A DNA stretch of 64,000 nucleotides from Simkaniaceae bacterium (lineage in GTDB: Bacteria > Chlamydiota > Chlamydiia > Chlamydiales > JAJFMI01). Both the position numbers and the translations under genes were made by a program. The stretch covers positions 12,423 through 76,422 of the forward strand of contig JBBDIZ010000024.1 of NCBI GenBank assembly GCA_040880145.1. The letters run 5' to 3'. The notes under the pieces were generated by a model that saw nothing but the letters and a program-made list of their open reading frames with translations, was not told the origin of the DNA and ran no database searches. Shown here piece after piece: positions 44,561 to 53,707 of this stretch. The first letter of the stretch is position 1. Each line of letters opens with the position of its first letter.

Positions 44561-45799
44561 ATGAAGTCTTTAAAAGCGCTCCTTTTTTATCTCGATCAGG
44601 GTAGACCATTTTGTGCCGATTCAAGGAAAGCGCAAACTAGATCTATTTACTTTGCTCTAAAAGGCTTACGTCATGATGGGCATGATTTTTTAAAAGAGGC
44701 TCGAAATAAGGGGGCTGAGGTTGCGGTTGTCTCAGATGATTACAAGGGAAAAGACTTTGGTTTAACGCTTTTTTTTGAACGTGATGTGCTTCAAACTCTC
44801 CAGAGTCTTGCCGGCATTTCTCGGGAGAGGAATTTAAAGCAGAAAGTGATTGGAATTACAGGCTCTGTTGGTAAAACATCGACAAAGGAGTTTTTAGCGG
44901 CCCTTCTGAAAAAGGAATTTGTTGTTGAATATACGAAGAATTCAGAGAATTCTCAAGTCTCTCTTCCGCTGACGATTTTAAATAGCAATCCCAAGGCTCA
45001 AATTTTGATTTTAGAAATGGGAATGAGTGTCGAGGGAGAGCTCAAGCATTTAACAAAGATCGCTCAGCCTGATATAGCGCTTATTACCCGGATCGCCCTT
45101 TCACATGCGGACTCATTTTCAAATAAGGAAGCGATTGCAAGAGCAAAGGGAGAAATTTTACAATCTCCGCGCTTGAAAATGGTTGTGATGAGTGAAAATG
45201 TCTCTTCTTACCGCCCTTTCCGCGACTATCGAGGAGAAAAGTTGATTTACAAAAAGGAAGAGATGAAAGAGCCTTTGCCTCTTCAGTTTTCAGCTGATCA
45301 TCTTGTCGAAAATCTTTACGGCGCGATAAAAGTTGCGCAGTATTTAGGCATGTCTATTAGTGAAATTCGAAATCAATCGATGGAGATTGAGCCTTTTACA
45401 CGCCGCTTTTCACAGCTTGAAAAAAGAGGCGTCCTTTTTATAGATGATACGTATAACGCCAACCTGGATTCTTCACTCGCGGCTTTGAAAAATCTCCCAA
45501 ACCCAAAAGAAGAGAGTGGAAAAAAAATTGCCGTACTCGGATCGATGAAGGAGCTTGGCAATTTTTCTGAAGAGTGTCATAAAAAAGTTGGGGAATCTGC
45601 AAAGGAAAAAGTCGATCATCTCTTAACTTTTGGTGAAGAGGCTAAATGGATTGGCGAAGCTTTTGGCAGAGGATCTGAGCACTTTTCAAGTAAAACTGAA
45701 TTATTGGAGAGATTAAAAGAGCTTGCAAAGAAGGGGGATGTCGTTTTGGTTAAAGGTTCCAATTCACTTGAGATGGACTCCCTTTTGAGGGATTATTAA
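44561..45799 (+). CDS. murF: UDP-MurNAc-tripeptide--D-Ala-D-Ala ligase
   Basis: 412 aa with the Mur ligase P-loop GITGSVGKTSTKE. It is the first gene of the dcw-type block. Confidence 0.85.
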   Translation: MKSLKALLFYLDQGRPFCADSRKAQTRSIYFALKGLRHDGHDFLKEARNKGAEVAVVSDDYKGKDFGLTLFFERDVLQTLQSLAGISRERNLKQKVIGITGSVGKTSTKEFLAALLKKEFVVEYTKNSENSQVSLPLTILNSNPKAQILILEMGMSVEGELKHLTKIAQPDIALITRIALSHADSFSNKEAIARAKGEILQSPRLKMVVMSENVSSYRPFRDYRGEKLIYKKEEMKEPLPLQFSADHLVENLYGAIKVAQYLGMSISEIRNQSMEIEPFTRRFSQLEKRGVLFIDDTYNANLDSSLAALKNLPNPKEESGKKIAVLGSMKELGNFSEECHKKVGESAKEKVDHLLTFGEEAKWIGEAFGRGSEHFSSKTELLERLKELAKKGDVVLVKGSNSLEMDSLLRDY

Positions 45800-46947
45800 T
45801 GCTTCTATTTTTGCTTGAATTTCTAAAAAATCAAGGAATTCATATCCCTAACGTCTTTTTTTATCTCTCAACGCGCATGATTTTAAGCGCATTAACCGCT
45901 CTTTTTTTCACGCTTTTTTTAGGCCCTCCTTTGATATCAAAACTTCGAAGTATGAAGTGGCGTCAACCAATTCGCAAGGAAGCTGTTGAGACACTTTACA
46001 AGCTTCATGAGAAAAAGGACAAAACACCCACGATGGGGGGCGTATTGATATTAGGGGGTATGCTTTTATCTTTAATTCTTTGGATGGATTTGACTTCGTC
46101 TTTTACGTTCCTTCTCATGGTGACCACGCTTGTATTGGGAGGGGTGGGGGGATTCGATGATTATTTAAAATTAAAACACAAAAATTCGAAAGGGCTTTCC
46201 GGTCGAAAAAAAATGGGGGTCCAACTTCTTCTCGCTTTATTTATCGGGCTCTATCTTTTTTGGCCAAAGTTTCAATCGCTTTTCCCCCTGCAGCCTCCTT
46301 ACTCTTCAGAGGTGATTGGGTCTATCTACTTCTTTCCTTTTTTTAAAGAACCTTTTTTTGTGTTATCAGGTGCCGGCCTTCTTATCGGACCGCTTTTGAC
46401 TCTTTTTATCATCACAGGGACCTCCAATGCAGTCAATCTCTCAGATGGGTTGGATAGTATGGCTGCCGGGCTTCTTGTTTTTGCCTCTTCTGTATTGGCT
46501 ATCTTTGCCTTTATTTCCAGCAATAGTGAAATCGCTCGTTATTTAAATATGATTTACATAGCAGGGAGCGGAGATATTGGAGTCTATCTAGCCGCATTAT
46601 TTGGAGGGTGTTTAGGATTTTTGTGGTTTAACAGTCATCCTGCCGAAATTTTCATGGGAGACGTGGGTTCTTTACCTCTCGGAGGCATTCTTGCCGTTTC
46701 TGCAATTCTCTTAAGGCGAGAGTTTTTATTAGCTTTAGTGGGCGGGGTTTTTGTCATCGAGGCATTCAGCGTGATATTACAAGTTCTTTCCTTCCGTCTT
46801 CGCCGAGGTAAAAGAATTTTTCTTTGCACTCCTTTGCATCACCACTTTGAGTATAAGGGGTGGCCTGAAACAAAAGTGGTGTTGCGTTTTTGGATCATAG
46901 GTCTTATCTTAGCTATGCTTGGTTTAGCTTCGGTAAAGTTTCAATGA
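45799..46947 (+). CDS. mraY: phospho-MurNAc-pentapeptide translocase
   Basis: 382-aa polytopic membrane protein with MraY motifs NAVNLSDGLDSMA and GDVGSLPLGG. Confidence 0.92.
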   Translation: MLLFLLEFLKNQGIHIPNVFFYLSTRMILSALTALFFTLFLGPPLISKLRSMKWRQPIRKEAVETLYKLHEKKDKTPTMGGVLILGGMLLSLILWMDLTSSFTFLLMVTTLVLGGVGGFDDYLKLKHKNSKGLSGRKKMGVQLLLALFIGLYLFWPKFQSLFPLQPPYSSEVIGSIYFFPFFKEPFFVLSGAGLLIGPLLTLFIITGTSNAVNLSDGLDSMAAGLLVFASSVLAIFAFISSNSEIARYLNMIYIAGSGDIGVYLAALFGGCLGFLWFNSHPAEIFMGDVGSLPLGGILAVSAILLRREFLLALVGGVFVIEAFSVILQVLSFRLRRGKRIFLCTPLHHHFEYKGWPETKVVLRFWIIGLILAMLGLASVKFQ

Positions 46948-48119
46948 AAAGAGTAATTTTTGGTTTGGGTTTAAGCGGTTTGGCAGCGCTTGAGCTATTA
47001 AAGCGGGAAAGTGGAGAGCTTTTTGCTGTCGACAGAAAGCCCATTTCAGTTGAAGGGGTCAGCGTCTATAAAGAAGAGGCTTTTCCAACAAATATCTCAA
47101 TTGATGAGGTGATTGTGTCCCCGGGAGTCTCCTTTTCGAATCCATTGATTCAACGTTTTTTAAAAAGAGGGATTCCAGTGATAGGTGAGATGGAAATGGC
47201 TTTAGGAAGGGTCCATCAGCCTTGCATCGGCATTACAGGAACAAATGGAAAAACCACCACCACCTATCGAATCACCCATTTACTGAATCAGGCGGGACAA
47301 AAAGCCTGTGCTCTTGGAAATTGTGGAATACCTTTATCTTCTTATCTTCTTAACCCGGATTTAACGGAAACACTTTGTTTAGAAATGAGTTCATTCCAAC
47401 TCGAAACCATCCAGTCGAAAAAATTAGAAAGAGCGCTGCTGCTTCCCATCACAGAGGATCATTTAGATCGTTACCGCTCATTTGAAGACTATGCGAAAAC
47501 AAAGTGTCGGATAGTTAAAGCCCTTCAAGAGGGTGGAAAACTGCTCCTATTAGAGGAAACAAAAAAAAAGTTTGAAAAATATTTAAATGAAGTTGAAAGT
47601 ATCTCTATAAGGGGAGGTGTTGAAGATCTCGTCAACAAGCTCTTTGAATCTCTTCATATTGAAGTATCTGAGGAGATGAAAAAGAGCTTTCAAAGCCCCA
47701 AGCATAGGCTTGAGGAGGTCGGCACTTTTAAAGGGGTGCGTGTGATTAATGATAGTAAAGCGACAAACATAGACTCTGTCCTTTACGCTGTACACTCTTT
47801 GCCAAAAAACCTCTCGATCATTTTAGGAGGTCGTGACAAAGGAGGCGATTTTACAAAACTTGTAGATCTCTTCCGCCGCCGCGTAAAAAAAGCCTACCTT
47901 TATGGTGAGGCCTCAGTTAAAATCAAAAAGGAATTAAATGGGATTCCCTTGGAAATGGGTTCGTTTGAAGAGATGGTCAATCTAGCGTTTAAAGAGACAA
48001 AAAGTGGAGAGATTCTTCTTCTTTCACCAGCTTGCGCAAGTTTTGACTCTTTTAGGAACTTTGAGGAAAGGGGAGACCTGTTTAAAAAAATCGTTAAACA
48101 ATCAGTGATGCCATCATGA
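46944..48119 (+). CDS. murD: UDP-MurNAc-L-Ala--D-Glu ligase (start at the ATGA overlap with mraY)
   Basis: P-loop GITGTNGKTTT and position after mraY. The start MKRVIFGLGLSG fits the MurD N-terminal Rossmann fold. Confidence 0.85.
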   Translation: MKRVIFGLGLSGLAALELLKRESGELFAVDRKPISVEGVSVYKEEAFPTNISIDEVIVSPGVSFSNPLIQRFLKRGIPVIGEMEMALGRVHQPCIGITGTNGKTTTTYRITHLLNQAGQKACALGNCGIPLSSYLLNPDLTETLCLEMSSFQLETIQSKKLERALLLPITEDHLDRYRSFEDYAKTKCRIVKALQEGGKLLLLEETKKKFEKYLNEVESISIRGGVEDLVNKLFESLHIEVSEEMKKSFQSPKHRLEEVGTFKGVRVINDSKATNIDSVLYAVHSLPKNLSIILGGRDKGGDFTKLVDLFRRRVKKAYLYGEASVKIKKELNGIPLEMGSFEEMVNLAFKETKSGEILLLSPACASFDSFRNFEERGDLFKKIVKQSVMPS

Positions 48120-48724
48120 ACCGAAAAGATATCATTATTACAGCCGTTTTAATCAATGCGGGACTTTTAATTGTTCTCTTTATCAGCTCTTTGAAGCCAA
48201 GAGATTTCGATGAAAGTGTTCAGAAAAAAAAGATTGAAAAAGTAACGCACCAAGCGCAAATAAAAGCGCCCCCACCCCCAATTCTAGAGCAGAAAAGCGT
48301 AGATCAACAGATCGCCAAGGCCGCTAAAAAAATTGAAAAAAGCCCCTCAAAAATTGTTCAGCCTCTACGAGAAGAAAAAAAAGTTCCGACGCTGGTCTTA
48401 GTCGAGGTCATGCAGGGGGATAATTTAGAAAAAATCGCGAAAAGCTATGAGGTCAGCGTTGAGTCATTAATGAATGAGAATCAATTGAGCACAACAAGGC
48501 TTCAAATTGGACAAAAACTTAAAATTCCAGCTCAAAAAAATCGGCCGAAAGAAGAGATTCAAAAACTGGAAAAGCATGAGTACTATACAGTGAAAAATGG
48601 GGATAATCCTTGGACGATTGCCGTTAAAAATCAAATCAAGGTCGACGAGTTATTAAAGCTCAATGGCCTGGATGAAAATAAGGCGCGTCGATTAAAGCCG
48701 GGAGACAGACTCAAAATCAAATGA
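48116..48724 (+). CDS. membrane-anchored protein with two LysM domains and no catalytic domain
   Basis: 202 aa with an N-terminal TM helix and two LysM repeats (VEVMQGDNLEKIAKSY...GQKLKIP and YYTVKNGDNPWTIAVKN...GDRLKI). ATGA overlaps occur at both ends. Confidence 0.75.
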   Translation: MNRKDIIITAVLINAGLLIVLFISSLKPRDFDESVQKKKIEKVTHQAQIKAPPPPILEQKSVDQQIAKAAKKIEKSPSKIVQPLREEKKVPTLVLVEVMQGDNLEKIAKSYEVSVESLMNENQLSTTRLQIGQKLKIPAQKNRPKEEIQKLEKHEYYTVKNGDNPWTIAVKNQIKVDELLKLNGLDENKARRLKPGDRLKIK

Positions 48725-49824
48725 CCCGATATTTGACGTTTCTTCCTCTTCTGACCGCGCTTCTTTTTTGTATTGGGCTGATGATGGTTTTTAATACGAC
48801 AAGTGCGGAAATTATCGACCAGGAACTATCGACAAACCCTTATAGTGCATTAATCAAGCAATTGAGTTTTGCGCTTTTTGGTTTTTTGCTCTGTTTTCTC
48901 ATTTGGAGAAGTCAAGTCGATCATTTATTTGAGAGCTCGAATACTCTTTTTTGGGGAGGAGTCGTTTTACTTCTTTTAGTCTATTTTCCAGGTATTGGTC
49001 ATAAGATTAATGGGGCTAATCGTTGGGTTGGGCTAAAACCTTTTGTCTTTCAGCCCTCAGAGTTTATGAAGGTGATCCTGCCGCTTTATACCCTCCATTT
49101 CCTCTCTCACTCAGGCAGGATCGACTTCAATCTCTTTTTAAGACTTGTCGCGAGATTGTCAGTTCCGCTGCTGCTCATTCTTTTAGAGCCGGATAATGGG
49201 ACAACGGCTATGCTGATTTTAGCTATTTGTGCTCTTTTTTTTCTGACAAAAATACCTGTTCGTTATTGGGCCCTTCCTCTTTTTTCTGTAGCTTTAATAG
49301 GAGGTGCCATTGGGGCTCAAATGACCCACGTGACGGACAGAATTCGTGTTTATTTAAATCCGGAGCTGGATCTGCTTGGAAGAGGGCATCAACCCTATCA
49401 AGCTAAAATCGCCGCAGGATCAGGACAGCTTTTTGGACGAGGTCTCGGAGAGAGTCTTCAAAAATTGAATTACTTACCAGAAGCAAGAAGTGACTATATC
49501 GCGGCCATTTATGCTGAGGAATTTGGTTTTTTGGGTATGCTTTTTTTGATCGTGATTTTTATGATGATTAGTTTTCTCGGATTTACTATCGGCTCCTTTG
49601 CAAAGGATGAAAATGCTTCCTGCTTAGCTCATATTTTAACCTTTACGATCGCGATACAAGGATTTGTTAATTTAGGCGTTGTTTCAGGGCTTTTACCGAG
49701 TAAGGGGACTAACCTGCCTTTTTTTAGCCAGGGAGGTTCTTCGCTAGTTGCAAACATGATTGCTTTAACTATAATCATTAAAATAGGAAAAGAAGCGTGG
49801 ATCAAAAAAAGAAAGTTATCCTAG
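48721..49824 (+). CDS. ftsW: SEDS-family peptidoglycan glycosyltransferase FtsW
   Basis: 367-aa polytopic protein with FtsW/RodA motifs (QPSEFMK, EPDNGT, LPEARSDYI, LPFFSQGGSS) in a dcw context. Confidence 0.85.
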   Translation: MTRYLTFLPLLTALLFCIGLMMVFNTTSAEIIDQELSTNPYSALIKQLSFALFGFLLCFLIWRSQVDHLFESSNTLFWGGVVLLLLVYFPGIGHKINGANRWVGLKPFVFQPSEFMKVILPLYTLHFLSHSGRIDFNLFLRLVARLSVPLLLILLEPDNGTTAMLILAICALFFLTKIPVRYWALPLFSVALIGGAIGAQMTHVTDRIRVYLNPELDLLGRGHQPYQAKIAAGSGQLFGRGLGESLQKLNYLPEARSDYIAAIYAEEFGFLGMLFLIVIFMMISFLGFTIGSFAKDENASCLAHILTFTIAIQGFVNLGVVSGLLPSKGTNLPFFSQGGSSLVANMIALTIIIKIGKEAWIKKRKLS

Positions 49825-50843
49825 CTTGCGGGGGGTCAGGAGGCCACCTCTATCCGGCCCAGGAGCTCGCGTTGCAATTGATTCGAGAGGGAATTGAGGT
49901 ATCCTTTATAGGAGTTGATCTCGATAAATCGTCTTTCTTATCCAATGAATTTCGACGCTGCTCTTTGCCTGGAGCACCTCTTAAAAATCCTATACGCTCG
50001 ACTTTTCTTCATGCAAAAGGGCTATTAAAGAGCCTTTCCTTTATGCGAAGACAGGCTCCTCATCTTATTATCGGTTTTGGGAGTTATCACTCTTTTACAC
50101 CGCTACTTGCAGCGCGTCTTTTAAAAACACCTTACCTTATTTTTGAAGCCAATAGCGTTCTTGGAAGAGTGAATCGGCTTTTTGTGAAAAAAGCGCAAAA
50201 ATCCCTCTCGTTTTTCCCACATTCTGAAATGGTTCGGGTGAAGATGCCGATTCGCTGCAAACGAGCAACGAAAGATGAAGCGCTAAAGCACTATGGTCTT
50301 GAGAAGGAAAAATGCACGCTTTTGATTTGCGGGGGATCGCAAGGAGCTTTATCGTTAAATCAGCTTTTTATGAAAGCACTTAAAGAAATCCCTTCCTCGC
50401 TTCGACATTTTCAGATTATTCACATCACAGGCCTTGGAAAAAAAGAGGGAGAAGCGAAGCGTCTTTACAGCGCTTTTGGCATCAAAAACGTTGTGATTCC
50501 GTTTGAATTAGAAATGCACTATGCTTACGCAGCATCAGATTTGGTATTAGCGCGTGCAGGCGCCGGAACGATTGCTGATCTTGTGGCTTATGAAAGGCCG
50601 GCCCTACTCATTCCATATCCCTTTGAAACCGATGGCCACCAGACAAAAAATGCCGCCTTTATGAAGCTAGCCGTTGGAGGAGCTGAATTCTTATCAGAAA
50701 AAGACCTAACCCCTGAAAAGCTAGCTGAAAACCTATTAAATATTATGAGAAAAAAAGAGCCTATGAAAAAAGCGATTAGCTTTTTTAAAGCAAATGATCA
50801 TCGCAAAGAACTTTCTGAATATCTCCTCAAGGAATACTTTTGA
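49797..50843 (+). CDS. murG: UDP-GlcNAc:lipid I GlcNAc transferase (GTG start)
   Basis: 348 aa with N-terminal ACGGSGGHLYPA and C-terminal RAGAGTIADL. Confidence 0.88.
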   Translation: MDQKKKVILACGGSGGHLYPAQELALQLIREGIEVSFIGVDLDKSSFLSNEFRRCSLPGAPLKNPIRSTFLHAKGLLKSLSFMRRQAPHLIIGFGSYHSFTPLLAARLLKTPYLIFEANSVLGRVNRLFVKKAQKSLSFFPHSEMVRVKMPIRCKRATKDEALKHYGLEKEKCTLLICGGSQGALSLNQLFMKALKEIPSSLRHFQIIHITGLGKKEGEAKRLYSAFGIKNVVIPFELEMHYAYAASDLVLARAGAGTIADLVAYERPALLIPYPFETDGHQTKNAAFMKLAVGGAEFLSEKDLTPEKLAENLLNIMRKKEPMKKAISFFKANDHRKELSEYLLKEYF

Positions 50844-52150
50844 AGCATTTTATCGGAATCGGCGGTATTGGAATGAGCGCACTCGCTTTTTATCTTTTAC
50901 AGAAGAAAGAGAGCGTTTCCGGAAGCGATTTAAAAGAGAGTGATTTGATAACGCTGATGAGGAAAAAAGGAGCCAAAATCAATCTTCCCCATAATGACGA
51001 GGTGATCCGGCAAGGAATGAGCGTCATTTATAGCTCCTCGATCTCTCTGAACAATTGCGAGTTTTTAAAAGCGAAAGAATTAGGATGCCCCCTTCTTCAT
51101 CGATCGAGTTTTTTGACACAATTAACAGAGGGCAAAAAAACACTCTACGTAACGGGAGCTCATGGGAAAACGAGTACTTCAGCACTTTTAAGCCATCTCC
51201 TTTATCAAGCCGGAAAAGAGCCCTCTTTTATCTTAGGCGGAATTCCTCACTTTACTCGGAATCATGGGTATGCCGGAGAAGGGGAGTATTTTGTTCTAGA
51301 GGCGGACGAAAGTGACGGATCTTTTTTAAAGGGAACCCCTTTTGCCTCAATTGTAACCAATATTGAAGCAGAGCACCTCGATTACTGGAAAAGCTTTAGC
51401 GCTTTAAAAGAAGCCTACTATCAATTTTGTGAGAAGAGCACGCATCTATTTTATAATGGAGACGATCCTTTATTAAAGCGTTGGAAATTAAGGGGGACCC
51501 CCTATTTCGATCACGAAATTATCAAGGGTCAACAAGAAGGAAATCAGTTGCGCTTCCAGTTTCGGATTGCCGGAAAAATTTCACCTGAATTCTCCTTGAA
51601 TTGGGTCGGATGCCATCAAGTGAAAAATGCTTTGGCAGTCTATAAACTCGCTCTATTTTTAGGAATCGAAGAGGAGGAGATTGCAGAAGGATTTTCAACT
51701 TTTAAAGGGGTCAAAAGACGCGCTGATTATTTAGGATCTATTCAAGGTGTCGATTATTTTGACGACTACGCCCACCATCCTTCAGAGTGCCGAAGTATTT
51801 TAGAATCCTTTCGAAAAGCCTTTCCAGGCAGACGTATTTTGGCGCTTTTTGAACCCCACAAATATAGCCGTTTTCAATACTGTACCCCCGGATTTTTAAA
51901 CGCTTTTAATGCCTGTGATGAGCTGATTATTACAAATATCTATCCATCCGGAGAAAAACCGATTCCAGGGGTTTCTGTTGAGGGATTTCAAGAAAAGCTT
52001 AATCGGTCATCGCACTATGTGCCTTATGAAAGGCTCTCTGATTGTCTTGAAAAAATGACAAGAGAAAATGATCTTGTGATTACACTCGGCGCCGGATTGA
52101 TTACGCAAATTGGGAGACGACTCTTTGAAGAAAAAAATCGCCCTTCCTAA
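50840..52150 (+). CDS. murC: UDP-MurNAc--L-Ala ligase, not fused to Ddl (TTG start)
   Basis: 436 aa with GIGGIGMSALA and the P-loop VTGAHGKTSTS. It ends after the Mur ligase C-terminal domain. Confidence 0.88.
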   Translation: MKHFIGIGGIGMSALAFYLLQKKESVSGSDLKESDLITLMRKKGAKINLPHNDEVIRQGMSVIYSSSISLNNCEFLKAKELGCPLLHRSSFLTQLTEGKKTLYVTGAHGKTSTSALLSHLLYQAGKEPSFILGGIPHFTRNHGYAGEGEYFVLEADESDGSFLKGTPFASIVTNIEAEHLDYWKSFSALKEAYYQFCEKSTHLFYNGDDPLLKRWKLRGTPYFDHEIIKGQQEGNQLRFQFRIAGKISPEFSLNWVGCHQVKNALAVYKLALFLGIEEEEIAEGFSTFKGVKRRADYLGSIQGVDYFDDYAHHPSECRSILESFRKAFPGRRILALFEPHKYSRFQYCTPGFLNAFNACDELIITNIYPSGEKPIPGVSVEGFQEKLNRSSHYVPYERLSDCLEKMTRENDLVITLGAGLITQIGRRLFEEKNRPS

Positions 52151-52955
52151 CGCGATCGGGATCCTCCTTCTCTCCACTTTTTTGATTTCAGGGGGAGGGT
52201 ATGCACTCATTAGGATTATTGAGCGCATTCGTTTTCAAAGGCTTACCGATGAGCGTTATTTTTTAACCCAGTTAATACAAACAGGCCCCAAAAAGGAGGC
52301 TTTAAAGAGTGTTTATCTACAAGAACTTCTCAAGCTTTCAAAAAATAAACCTCTCTCTTTTTTCGAGTATGATAGTGAAAAAGCGGAAAAAACACTCTTA
52401 ACCTCTCCTTTGATCGAGGAGGCGAGGGTGAAAAAAATCCCCCCTCATACGCTTTATGTCGATTACTCATTAAGAGAGCCCTTCGCCATCCTCTACGATT
52501 TTGAAAATACGTTTATCGATCAAAATGGAGCCCTTTTTCCGATTCACCCCTTTTTTTCGCCTAAAAAAATTCCTGAAATTTATTTGGGGCTGGCACCCTT
52601 TGATCAAGATTTTTATGACAAAGAGTTATTCTACAAACAGCCTTTAAAAGGCGCTCAATTTGAGCTTGCCTTAGAGGTGATTCAGATTCTTTCCGAGTCG
52701 CAAAAAGAGTATGATTTTTTTTTAAAACGGGTCGATCTTTCACTGATACAGGAGCCGAGTGTCGGAAGACAGGAATTGATTATACTTATTGAAAATCGCG
52801 ATAGCTCTCTTCATTACTTGAGGCTTCCTGTTGAAAAGTGGGAAGAGCAATTAAACAATTACCTTATTTTACGAGAAAAACTCGCTATTGATGGACAGAA
52901 TCGAACGATTGACTTACGTTTACACTCTCTTGGGTACATCGAGGAAGTGTCGTAA
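52110..52955 (+). CDS. ftsQ: FtsQ-like division protein (single TM plus POTRA)
   Basis: 281 aa with N-terminal TM helix AIGILLLSTFLISGGGYALI and a POTRA-like stretch (LTSPLIEEARVKKIPPHTLYVDYSLREPFAILYD...FIDQNGALF). It occupies the terminal position of the dcw block. The exact start is uncertain. Confidence 0.6.
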   Translation: MGDDSLKKKIALPNAIGILLLSTFLISGGGYALIRIIERIRFQRLTDERYFLTQLIQTGPKKEALKSVYLQELLKLSKNKPLSFFEYDSEKAEKTLLTSPLIEEARVKKIPPHTLYVDYSLREPFAILYDFENTFIDQNGALFPIHPFFSPKKIPEIYLGLAPFDQDFYDKELFYKQPLKGAQFELALEVIQILSESQKEYDFFLKRVDLSLIQEPSVGRQELIILIENRDSSLHYLRLPVEKWEEQLNNYLILREKLAIDGQNRTIDLRLHSLGYIEEVS

Positions 52956-53019
52956 GTGATTGCATCTTCTTGTCTTTTTCTTTCGAAAAGGTTATGATAT
53001 TTTTGATCGCGGCTTTTAC

Positions 53020-53046
53020 AACTTGTTTTATTCACAAGTTTTTTTG
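53020..53046 (+). terminator. weak rho-independent terminator after ftsQ
   Basis: AACTTGT, a 7-nt loop, and ACAAGTT followed by a T6 run. The stem is AT-rich, so this call is weak. Confidence 0.4.
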
Positions 53047-53072
53047 ATTATTAACTCTGAACTGGTTAACTT

Positions 53073-53303
53073 ATGAAAGATTTTATCGCCTATATTGTAA
53101 AAAATATTGTTTCAAACCCTGATGCTGTTGAAGTCACCGAGTCTTCTGGAGAACAGACGATCATTATCGACATCAAAGTCGCTCAAGAAGATATTGCTAA
53201 AGTCATTGGCAAGCAAGGGCGTACGATTAAGTCCTTACGCATTATTGCAGCTTCTGTTGCAGCACGACTAAAGCGCCATATCCGTATTGAAGTAATCCAA
53301 TAA
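53073..53303 (+). CDS. KH-domain RNA-binding protein (KhpA/UPF0109-like)
   Basis: 76 aa with the GxxG loop GKQGRTIKSLR, typical of small KH proteins. Confidence 0.7.
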   Translation: MKDFIAYIVKNIVSNPDAVEVTESSGEQTIIIDIKVAQEDIAKVIGKQGRTIKSLRIIAASVAARLKRHIRIEVIQ

Positions 53304-53322
53304 ACCCCTTTGGGAGGTGTAT

Positions 53323-53661
53323 ATGAGCATCAAAATGCGACAAGAAGCCATTTCGGGTTTTCCTTTATTGATCATTGAAGGCCGAATTGATGCGAATGCT
53401 GTCGTCGTTATGGAGTCTAAACTCAGTGAATTTCTCTCTAAAGGAGAGAAAAAGATTTTAATTGATCTTGGACAGGTCGCTTATCTCAGCAGTACCGGCA
53501 TGCGCCTGCTTCTATCCGTAAGCAAACAGCTGAAGGAGCGGGAAGGAGAGTTAATGCTTTATGCTTTAAAAGATGAAGTACATGAAATCATTAAAATGGC
53601 AGGATTTGAAAAAATCCTCTCAATTTATCCGAGCAAAAAGGCGGTCATTGCAACCCTCTGA
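53323..53661 (+). CDS. rsbV: STAS-domain anti-sigma-factor antagonist (RsbV-like)
   Basis: 112 aa from the ATG with GGGAGG 5 nt upstream. It has a STAS fold pattern with a candidate phosphorylatable Ser in YLSSTGMRLLL. Confidence 0.75.
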   Translation: MSIKMRQEAISGFPLLIIEGRIDANAVVVMESKLSEFLSKGEKKILIDLGQVAYLSSTGMRLLLSVSKQLKEREGELMLYALKDEVHEIIKMAGFEKILSIYPSKKAVIATL

Positions 53662-53707
53662 TTTTGACGCAAGTACAATGCCCTTGAGAAAGGGCATTTC
53701 GCCTTTA

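Noticed and set aside
46890-46943. 18-codon extension of murD inside the mraY 3' end.
   Set aside because: The ATG at 46944 forms an ATGA overlap with the mraY stop and begins the Rossmann-like MKRVIFGLGLSG. The extension lies in an alternative frame of mraY.
53573-53707. Upstream extension of miaA that overlaps rsbV by 89 nt.
   Set aside because: The extension has no MiaA-like sequence, overlaps a well-supported gene, and crosses a hairpin (ATGCCCTT-GAGA-AAGGGCAT, 53678-53697). MKKEKVLVISGPTACGKS is the normal MiaA N-terminus.
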